DNA from: a virus
Lineage: Duplodnaviria > Heunggongvirae > Uroviricota > Caudoviricetes
Strand: one strand, 5' to 3'
Length of the DNA stretch: 6,652 nt
IMG/VR virus record: IMGVR_UViG_2671180921_000008
Coordinates: 1-6,652 of that record
Shown here: positions 1 through 5,639 of the stretch, in pieces
Layout: each line of letters opens with the position of its first letter
Position numbering within the stretch: the stretch's first letter is position 1
The notes under the pieces: model-generated
Seen by the model: the letters and a program-made list of their open reading frames with translations, nothing else
What the model was told of the DNA's origin: nothing
Databases searched by the model: none
Translations under genes and position numbers: made by a program

Positions 1-242
1 AATACGGTGCTCCGTTGACGCTTACGCCGAATAAGCTCATCTCTCATGCATTCCGGGCATTCGCTAGGTCTTGAGGCAAACTTAATTGGCCCAGTCGAGT
101 AACGGTTACGCTGCTCAAACTCACCATGTTTTTCACAGATGCCAGTGCCAATTTCTACAGCTGTATGCTCGATAGCAATTGGCGGAGAACTCAATTCTGC
201 AAGTTTTTTCTCAAGTTGGGAGATCTTTTCATCCAGCGTCAT
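1..242 (-). CDS. Hypothetical replication-module protein, N-terminal part only (runs off the window start); sits where lambda has P / the helicase loader
   Basis: Minus-strand ATG at 242..240, 2 nt after the O-like stop (TGA 247..245). Translation MTLDEKISQLEKKLAELSSPPIAIEHTAVEIGTGICEKHGEFEQRNRYSTGPIKFASRPSECPECMRDELIRRKRQRSTV. C-x2-H and C-P-E-C pairs suggest a zinc ribbon. It does not resemble lambda P; function is inferred from position only. Confidence 0.4.
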   Translation of the reverse strand, partial: MTLDEKISQLEKKLAELSSPPIAIEHTAVEIGTGICEKHGEFEQRNRYSTGPIKFASRPSECPECMRDELIRRKRQRSTV

Positions 243-244
243 GT

Positions 245-1120
245 TCACTCCTGCGCCCATGAAGGCATTTCAGTTTGTCCGTAATCTTTGGTGGCAAAGT
301 TTTCCTGCATAGCTCGATGCTGCGGCCTCGGTTGAGATTTCCCCTTTGGAGTCTTGGGCTCAAAAATCCCCTGCCAACCACTGGCGATGCTCTGGTTTAT
401 AATTTCTTCAGGTGTATATCCCTTCCCCAGACTTCTGCTTAGAACGTTGATAGCCTGAGTAACACTTTGCTTAGACTTGATCGACTTACCTATCTCCTTG
501 CGATATGTAACCCACGACAACCATGTTTCTGCTGATAACCAATCAGGCAACTCTGTTTCTAGCGGGTCGAACTTCTGAGAAACTTTTTTGGGGGATATAG
601 GGGGTTTATTAATATTTTCTTTTGTCTTTAAAGAATGTCTTTTGTGTGTCTCTAACTTCGAGACATTGAGTGTCTCTAATTTGGAGACATTTTTTGTCTC
701 TAACTTCGAGACAAAGTTGCTAACTTGGAGACACTTGCTGAATTGCCACGCAGATACCTCAATGTTTACACCGATTTGATTTCCATCCATAAACAGGCAA
801 TTCATTGAAATCAGTTCTTTTTTAGCCTTGTTAACATTCTGCCTTGACAGTCCTGTTAACTGAGCAATTTGCTCATCGGCTATTCGATCTGTTTTCTTAT
901 TGAATCCATATGTTTTCCGGACGTAGGCCAGCATAACTTTCAACTGGCGAGCGGTTAAATCGGCACTTGCGATAGCTTCCAGCAGCTCGTTAGCGAATCT
1001 GGTGTAACCATCATCGATATCAGCCACTCTTCGCTCCTGTTCAACAGGTTCACTCTTCGGCAGGTAAAATACTTCAGCCAGGCTCATTTCCAACCTCCGC
1101 ATCAAAGCATTGGGCTTCAA
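245..1120 (-). CDS. O: Replication initiator, lambda O family (N-terminal iteron-binding domain conserved, C-terminal domain divergent)
   Basis: 291-aa ORF. The segment QERRVADIDDGYTRFANELLEAIASADLTARQLKVMLAYVRKTYGFNKKTDRIADEQ aligns with the lambda O N-terminal domain as I recall it. The ori iterons lie inside the gene, as in lambda. The true start may be ATG 1087..1085, which has a GGAGG 7 nt upstream, rather than 1120. Confidence 0.85.
   Translation of the reverse strand: MKPNALMRRLEMSLAEVFYLPKSEPVEQERRVADIDDGYTRFANELLEAIASADLTARQLKVMLAYVRKTYGFNKKTDRIADEQIAQLTGLSRQNVNKAKKELISMNCLFMDGNQIGVNIEVSAWQFSKCLQVSNFVSKLETKNVSKLETLNVSKLETHKRHSLKTKENINKPPISPKKVSQKFDPLETELPDWLSAETWLSWVTYRKEIGKSIKSKQSVTQAINVLSRSLGKGYTPEEIINQSIASGWQGIFEPKTPKGKSQPRPQHRAMQENFATKDYGQTEMPSWAQE
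648..733. repeat. Replication origin iterons: four 18-bp direct repeats, each an internal inverted repeat (GTCTC...GAGAC), with a flanking AT-rich tract at about 590-647
   Basis: GTCTCTAACTTCGAGACA (648-665), GTCTCTAATTTGGAGACA (672-689), GTCTCTAACTTCGAGACA (696-713), GTTGCTAACTTGGAGACA (716-733), spaced about 24 bp. Inside the O reading frame they encode the repeated VSKLET peptide. The adjacent AT-rich stretch (tttattaatattttcttttgtctttaaagaatg) lies downstream in the O direction, matching lambda ori layout. Confidence 0.75.
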
Positions 1121-1718
1121 GAGACTTAACCATCACCACACTGCCATCTGTATTAATAACTATCGATGAGTTATATTTGCTTATCAGTTGCTTCGCGTAA
1201 TCAATTCCGGCGCGAATAAGGAAATTTTTCACCGCAGGAAGATGACCAACTACACTACCCAGACCTTGCTCTATAAGCTCCTCATTAAGATCAAGCTCAT
1301 TTTCATGGCGAAAAGAAATGAATGAGTCGTAAATTGCGTATTCTGCCGTCTCGCCATTTCTTTCAGGGCCAACCAGCGCCCTTATTTCATTTAGAGATTC
1401 AGAAAGATCATTATCTTCAAGCTTGAAAAACTCTCGATTATCACTAAGCCTCTCTTTTGCAAAGGCTTTATGAATGAGTTTTTCATCTGATGCGGGATTA
1501 TTTGAATGAAAGGCTGCTATCACCTTAAATGGCTTAGGAACGCCAGTAGAGGCTGAAATTTCTTTAGCCCTAACTTCTGGTGAATGCTTAGTCATCCCAA
1601 TCTTATAAATTCCTGGCATGCACTCATTCGAAAGCACATAAACAAAGCCATTTGATTTAAAATCATCTGGCACCTTCATGCTCTTCAGAACCTGGAATTT
1701 GTCATTTTCGTATGTCAT
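1074..1718 (-). CDS. T5orf172 / GIY-YIG-like domain protein (moron between cII/oop and O)
   Basis: 214-aa ORF with AGGAG 6 nt before the ATG. The N-terminal motif GFVYVLSNECMPGIYKIGMT...EVRAKE matches the T5orf172 (MUG113-type GIY-YIG-like) signature as I know it. The C-terminal ~90 aa are unassigned. Lambda has no gene at this position. Confidence 0.65.
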   Translation of the reverse strand: MTYENDKFQVLKSMKVPDDFKSNGFVYVLSNECMPGIYKIGMTKHSPEVRAKEISASTGVPKPFKVIAAFHSNNPASDEKLIHKAFAKERLSDNREFFKLEDNDLSESLNEIRALVGPERNGETAEYAIYDSFISFRHENELDLNEELIEQGLGSVVGHLPAVKNFLIRAGIDYAKQLISKYNSSIVINTDGSVVMVKSLEAQCFDAEVGNEPG

Positions 1719-1731
1719 AATTACTCCTGTG

Positions 1732-1804
1732 GATTGATCCAGTAATTCCCTCAGAATTGCATATCAATTTGCTTAAAATCCTCGGTGGCAGCCGGGGATT
1801 TTTT
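1732..1804 (+). ncRNA. oop: oop-like antisense RNA with intrinsic terminator, overlapping the 3' end of cII
   Basis: GATTGATCCAGTAAT...CCTCAGAA...CCTCGGTGGCAGCCGGGGATTTTTT resembles lambda oop RNA as I recall it. Terminator hairpin 1780-1797 (7 bp, two G-U pairs) followed by a T-run 1799-1804. It is antisense to the cII 3' end. The promoter lies around 1699-1725 (TTGTCA at 1699-1704; the -10 is ambiguous). Confidence 0.5.
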
Positions 1805-2047
1805 CTTTGTGATTTCATCAAGCGCATACTTAAAAGCCCTGCTAATCGGACTGATGTCTGATGCCATTCCGAAAGCACACAAGACCGAAGCAATAAATCT
1901 CCAGTCCGTTCTGCTTATCTTCGATTCATGACAGCCAATCATCTTTGCCAGACCGCGCTGGGTAAGCGTTGACAGGTTGATGAGTAAATCAGTTTCAGCG
2001 CGATCAACGTCGCGCTGTGATAGTTTGCTGTAACTTGTTTGTTCCAT
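1751..2047 (-). CDS. cII: cII-family transcriptional activator (not the lambda allele)
   Basis: 98-aa ORF directly downstream of cro and nutR. The C-terminus KKKSPAATEDFKQIDMQF matches lambda cII KKRPAATERSEQIQMEF, and the central region has the same helix-turn-helix-like layout. Most of the sequence diverges from lambda cII. Confidence 0.8.
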   Translation of the reverse strand: MEQTSYSKLSQRDVDRAETDLLINLSTLTQRGLAKMIGCHESKISRTDWRFIASVLCAFGMASDISPISRAFKYALDEITKKKSPAATEDFKQIDMQF

Positions 2048-2060
2048 TTCTTATGATTTC
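2025..2060 (+). promoter_or_regulatory. Putative pRE (cII-activated promoter) with a TTGC-N6-TTGT repeat
   Basis: TTGCTGTAACTTGT at 2025-2038 resembles the lambda cII site TTGC-N6-TTGC. It overlaps the cII start codon region on the opposite strand, as in lambda. The -10 is not clearly defined. Confidence 0.3.
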
Positions 2061-2074
2061 CAATAGTGAATATT

Positions 2075-2097
2075 ACGCATCTGTTGATGCGTTTTTT
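2075..2097 (+). terminator. Hairpin plus T6 run in the cro-cII intergenic region (intrinsic-terminator-like on plus strand; on the minus strand it lies in the tR1 zone)
   Basis: 7-bp perfect stem ACGCATC (2075-2081) / GATGCGT (2086-2092), 4-nt loop, T-run 2092-2097. Confidence 0.3.
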
Positions 2098-2099
2098 GT

Positions 2100-2137
2100 G
2101 GGGACGAATCATCCCCGACCTGATTGTTTAAAGAGCG
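2100..2137 (-). promoter_or_regulatory. nutR: nutR: boxA CGCTCTTTAA and boxB hairpin GGGGATGATTCGTCCCC
   Basis: On the minus strand: boxA consensus at 2137..2128, an 11-nt spacer, then boxB at 2116..2100. The identical boxB recurs in nutL downstream of pL. Confidence 0.65.
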
Positions 2138-2144
2138 GTGTTAC

Positions 2145-2354
<210 letters not shown>

Positions 2355-2369
2355 TTAGTACATGCAATC

Positions 2370-2439
2370 ATTATCACCGCTAGAGGTAAAATAGTCAACA
2401 CGCACGGTGTTAGATATTTATCCCTTGCGGTGATAGATT
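2370..2439. promoter_or_regulatory. Right operator OR1-OR2-OR3 with divergent promoters pR (toward cro) and pRM (toward cI)
   Basis: OR1 TATCACCGCTAGAGGTA (2372-2388), OR2 CAACACGCACGGTGTTA (2396-2412), OR3 TATCCCTTGCGGTGATA (2419-2435). pR on the minus strand: -35 TTGACT (2398..2393), -10 GATAAT (2375..2370). pRM on the plus strand: -35 TAGATA (2411-2416), 17-bp spacer, -10 TAGATT (2434-2439). The cI ATG at 2446 implies a leaderless transcript, as in lambda. Confidence 0.9.
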
Positions 2440-2442
2440 TAA

Positions 2443-3159
<717 letters not shown>

Positions 3160-3189
3160 AGCACATAGCATTCCTGGATAAAAATACAG

Positions 3190-3232
3190 ATTCCCTTTAT
3201 GGGAAATGAATCTATAATTCCCAAAGAGGGAA
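3190..3232 (+). promoter_or_regulatory. Putative promoter-operator of the toxin-antitoxin cassette: two TTCCC-N5-GGGAA palindromes flanking a TATAAT
   Basis: Palindrome 1 TTCCCTTTATGGGAA (3191-3205); perfect -10 TATAAT (3213-3218); palindrome 2 TTCCCAAAGAGGGAA (3218-3232). This is the usual autoregulated TA operator layout. The -35 is weak. Confidence 0.45.
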
Positions 3233-3244
3233 CTACATCGGATT

Positions 3245-3532
3245 ATGAAGGTCTTAAACGTAGAGAAGCTTCACAGTTTTAGCCGGAAACACAATCAGGC
3301 CAAGGGGGCTTTAGACTCTTGGTATGATGAAGTGAGAAGAGAAAACTGGAAAACGACTCAAGACATACGGAATAGATTTAATTCTGCCGACTTCCTTCCT
3401 GACAACAGGGTAATTTTTAATATAAAAGGCAATAACTATCGGCTCGTTGTCCAAGTTGTTTACCAAGCAGGAATTGTCATAGTTGAAAAAGTTGGAACTC
3501 ATGCAGAGTACGACAAGTGGAGACTTAAATGA
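3245..3532 (+). CDS. higB: HigB-family toxin (ribosome-dependent mRNA interferase, RelE/ParE superfamily)
   Basis: 95-aa ORF. FNIKGNNYRLVVQVVYQAGIVIVEKVGTHAEYD aligns with E. coli HigB (YgjN) FNVGGNELRVVAMVFFESQKCYIREVMTHKEYD along its full length, as I recall that sequence. The stop overlaps the next start (ATGA at 3529-3532). Confidence 0.8.
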   Translation: MKVLNVEKLHSFSRKHNQAKGALDSWYDEVRRENWKTTQDIRNRFNSADFLPDNRVIFNIKGNNYRLVVQVVYQAGIVIVEKVGTHAEYDKWRLK

Positions 3533-4185
3533 ATCGAACTAGCTGGCGCATCATTAAAAATAGTGAAGAGCATGCTGCAGCTATGGAAAGGCTCATTGAA
3601 CTTGCGTCTAGTGATTTACAACCTGGAACTGAAGATTTTGATGAGTTTGAACTACTAGGCTTGCTTATTGAGCACTATGAGTCACGCGAGTTCCCTATGG
3701 ACAAGCCAGACCCCATAGAAGCAATCAAGTTCCGCATGGATCAGCAAGGCCTCTCTTATGCCGACATGAAACAATACATTGGCTCAGCATCTAAAGTATC
3801 TGAGGTCTTAAATCGTAAGCGTCCATTAAGTCTTTCAATGATCCGTAGACTGCATGACGGGCTTGGCATTCCTGCAGATATCTTAATTCAAGATATGAGC
3901 GCAATTGAATGGAGTCTGGTTGACGCTGAGGAAGAAGAAACGACAATGACTAGCGTCATTGTTCAGTGTGAGTCAGCCGCCACATCATCTTCTCCTTATT
4001 ACGCTGAAAAGGCTACAGAATCTTACGTTTCAAAAATGTTGTTCAGCGCAGTAAGGGGTAACGGCGAATGCAAAGAAAAACGGAATGTTTTTTCTTTGAT
4101 AAGTAACTTGTCATCAAGTTTCACAGCAGCTAACAACCTGAATGACGAAATGACTCCTGACGGGAATTACTCATTAGTATCATGA
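3529..4185 (+). CDS. higA: HigA-like HTH antitoxin with a ~95-aa C-terminal extension (candidate chaperone-addiction region)
   Basis: 218-aa ORF. Residues ~1-123 align with E. coli HigA (YgjM): IEAIKFRMDQQGLSYADMKQYIGSASKVSEVLNRKRPLSLSMIRRLHDGLGIPADILIQ versus IAVIRTLMDQYGLTLSDLPEIGSKSMVSRVLSGKRKLTLEHAKKLATRFGISPALFID. Residues ~124-218 are an acidic, Ser-rich extension with aromatic patches (SPYYAEKATESYVSKMLF). Start and stop are both translationally coupled (ATGA) to the neighbours. Confidence 0.75.
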   Translation: MNRTSWRIIKNSEEHAAAMERLIELASSDLQPGTEDFDEFELLGLLIEHYESREFPMDKPDPIEAIKFRMDQQGLSYADMKQYIGSASKVSEVLNRKRPLSLSMIRRLHDGLGIPADILIQDMSAIEWSLVDAEEEETTMTSVIVQCESAATSSSPYYAEKATESYVSKMLFSAVRGNGECKEKRNVFSLISNLSSSFTAANNLNDEMTPDGNYSLVS

Positions 4186-4586
4186 AAATTGAACTCATTA
4201 GCAAAAAAGTTGAACGCTTGGTTATGAAGCAGCTAGAAGCTGATTCAGCGGCAAAAAAAAACCTGAACGCAACCGTTAAGCTGAATAATGAACTTTACAC
4301 TAATGTGAAGGATTCAAAGCTATTTAGAGTGAGATATTTTACCTCCATAACCATTGAAGGTAGACTAGAGATGGACATCACATACGACTTTGATTTTCGG
4401 TCAGAAGATGATTTTTCCCATGAAATGGCAAAATCACATGAGATAAGGTCCATTGCTCCCACTATGGCATATCCCTATATAAAAACATATGCCGAGCAAA
4501 TTATCCTCATGTCAAATCTTGGTAGGTTCAATCTTCCTTACTTTGATTTCTTGACCAATCCCATGGAAACGAACAGCAATAAGTGA
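4182..4586 (+). CDS. SecB-like chaperone (third component of a TAC-type module)
   Basis: 134-aa ORF. YPYIKTYAEQIILMSNLGRFNLPYFDFL aligns with E. coli SecB [31 protein letters not shown], and VKLNNELYTNVKDSKLFRVRYFTSITIEG with SecB [31 protein letters not shown], as I recall SecB. It is coupled to the antitoxin stop by ATGA and has no hydrophobic transmembrane stretch, so it is not RexB-like. Confidence 0.65.
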   Translation: MKIELISKKVERLVMKQLEADSAAKKNLNATVKLNNELYTNVKDSKLFRVRYFTSITIEGRLEMDITYDFDFRSEDDFSHEMAKSHEIRSIAPTMAYPYIKTYAEQIILMSNLGRFNLPYFDFLTNPMETNSNK

Positions 4587-4595
4587 AATCCCCCA

Positions 4596-4621
4596 CCCGG
4601 CCTCAGCGCCGGGTTTTCTTT
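4596..4621 (+). terminator. Rho-independent terminator closing the cI/cassette transcription unit
   Basis: Perfect 6-bp GC stem CCCGGC (4596-4601) / GCCGGG (4608-4613), 6-nt loop, then TTTTCTTT. It lies 10 nt after the last cassette stop, just upstream of OL. Confidence 0.7.
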
Positions 4622-4774
4622 GCCTCTCGATCCCCACACCTAATAACACCATAACCAATTGTATTTATTGAAAAATTTATAGATACAACTTGCTAAATAG
4701 TGCAATTCTGATCCCTCACCTACCAAACAATGCCCCCCCTGCAAAAAATAAATCCATATAAAAAACATACAGAT

Positions 4775-4837
4775 AACCATCTGCGGTGATAAATTATCTC
4801 TGGCGGTGTTGACACACATACCACTAGCGGTGATACT
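4775..4837 (+). promoter_or_regulatory. Left operator OL3-OL2-OL1 with promoter pL (rightward in this window)
   Basis: OL3 AACCATCTGCGGTGATA (4775-4791), OL2 TATCTCTGGCGGTGTTG (4795-4811), OL1 TACCACTAGCGGTGATA (4819-4835). -35 TTGACA (4809-4814), 17-bp spacer, -10 GATACT (4832-4837). Near-identical to the lambda pL/OL region as I recall it. Confidence 0.88.
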
Positions 4838-4882
4838 AAACACATCAGCAGGAAGCTGGAAGCCAAACGGAACAGATTGGCA

Positions 4883-4921
4883 GGCTCTTTAACATTGATG
4901 GAATGGGGATGATTCGTCCCC
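4883..4921 (+). promoter_or_regulatory. nutL: nutL: boxA GGCTCTTTAA and boxB hairpin GGGGATGATTCGTCCCC
   Basis: boxA at 4883-4892, 12-nt spacer, boxB at 4905-4921 (GGGGA/TCCCC stem). boxB is identical to nutR on the other strand and lies about 45-80 nt downstream of the pL start. Confidence 0.65.
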
Positions 4922-5076
4922 ACCAAAGAGAGGTTGGCTTTGGGATTTGATGAATGCGCAGGTCGATGCGCTACCACTTAGCGGTGAGCACCTGCATTTT
5001 GGGCAGGATGGATAGCCGCAATAAGGGGATCGACACATGACATCAAATCACCAAAGTCAATCATCGGAGGTATCCA

Positions 5077-5283
5077 GTGAAAGCAAGAGAGATTCGCAAA
5101 CTCGAACGCGCTCGTAAGCACAAAGAGGCGACAGCAAAACGTAAAAATATTGACCGTGTTTCAATGGTGGTTTCGCTAGCAGGAGCGAATAGGAAGAAGG
5201 TTGAATGTGGTTCGTGCTGCCTGCCAAACGTAGCCATTTACGCGGCAGGCTACCGGAAATCAAAACAACTGACAGCAAGATGA
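5077..5283 (+). CDS. N: N-like transcription antiterminator, N-terminal arginine-rich part; apparently truncated (see the out-of-frame C-terminal remnant)
   Basis: GTG start at 5077 with GGAGG 6 nt upstream. N-terminus MKAREIRKLERARKHKEATAKRKNIDR is an arginine/lysine-rich motif typical of N-family boxB-binding peptides. First gene after pL-nutL. Ends at TGA 5281-5283 after 68 codons. Confidence 0.6.
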   Translation: MKAREIRKLERARKHKEATAKRKNIDRVSMVVSLAGANRKKVECGSCCLPNVAIYAAGYRKSKQLTAR

Positions 5284-5285
5284 CT

Positions 5286-5333
5286 TGTGTTGGTCGCCAG
5301 AAAATGAAATTAGGCAGCAAACCACTTATTTGA
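5286..5333 (+). pseudogene. N: Out-of-frame 3' segment encoding a lambda-N-like C-terminus (CVGRQKMKLGSKPLI-stop)
   Basis: In the frame offset by 2 nt from the N ORF, 5286-5330 reads CVGRQKMKLGSKPLI then TGA. Lambda N ends ...TCSGRQKIKGKSIPLI as I recall it. This frame is closed upstream by TGA at 5202-5204. Confidence 0.5.
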
Positions 5334-5341
5334 GGTGATAT

Positions 5342-5428
5342 ATGGAAGAAGAATTTGAAGAGTTCGAAGAGCATCCTCAGGATGTGATGGAACAATACCA
5401 GGACTACCCTTATGACTACGACTATTGA
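5342..5428 (+). CDS. Small acidic 28-aa ORF (MEEEFEEFEEHPQDVMEQYQDYPYDYDY), possibly the lambda orf28 equivalent
   Basis: ATG at 5342 with GAGGTGA 4-5 nt upstream. It overlaps the start of the next ORF. Below the length cutoff of the ORF track. Function unknown. Confidence 0.4.
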   Translation: MEEEFEEFEEHPQDVMEQYQDYPYDYDY

Positions 5429-5612
5429 TAAGAATCAATGGTGTGGACAATTCAAGCGATGCAATGGATGCAAGCTGCAATCGGAATGCATGGTTAAGCC
5501 TGAAGAAATGTTTCCTGTAATGGAAGATGGGAAATATGTCGATAAATGGGCAATACGAACGACGGCAATGATTGCCAGAGAACTTGGTAAACAGAACAAC
5601 AAGGCTGCCTGA
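5412..5612 (+). CDS. ral: Small Cys-rich protein, 66 aa; tentatively Ral-like (restriction alleviation) by length and position
   Basis: 66-aa ORF MTTTIDKNQWCGQFKRCNGCKLQSECMV... with C-x5-C-x2-C-x5-C spacing. Same length and early-left-operon position as lambda Ral. I cannot verify sequence identity from memory with certainty. Confidence 0.45.
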   Translation: MTTTIDKNQWCGQFKRCNGCKLQSECMVKPEEMFPVMEDGKYVDKWAIRTTAMIARELGKQNNKAA

Positions 5613-5639
5613 TGGTGGCCTTTATTTTTAAGGAGCTAT

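Noticed and set aside
648-733. Possibility that the short direct repeats are a CRISPR array
   Set aside because: Only four 18-bp repeats with 2-6 bp spacers, located inside the O coding frame with an adjacent AT-rich tract. This is the replication-origin iteron layout, not repeat-spacer architecture.
588-779. 63-aa plus-strand ORF from the ORF track
   Set aside because: Lies entirely inside the O gene, antisense, across the iteron repeats; its repetitive peptide is a by-product of the DNA repeats. No ribosome-binding site.
1702-1893. 63-aa minus-strand ORF
   Set aside because: Overlaps the cII 3' end and the oop region in another frame; no ribosome-binding site; better explained by cII and oop.
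3311-3502. 63-aa minus-strand ORF
   Set aside because: Antisense to the HigB-like toxin gene; no start context. Cannot exclude antisense RNA, but no promoter or terminator was seen.
4640-4977. 67-aa and 85-aa minus-strand ORFs
   Set aside because: Run across the OL/pL operator-promoter and nutL, antisense to pL transcription; low-complexity translations; spurious.
5037-5117. ATG at 5037 opening a 26-codon frame in the N leader
   Set aside because: Different frame from N, no Shine-Dalgarno, stops within N; the GTG at 5077 with GGAGG upstream is the better start.
5057-5395. 112-aa minus-strand ORF
   Set aside because: Antisense to the N-like gene and the N C-terminal remnant; no ribosome-binding site.
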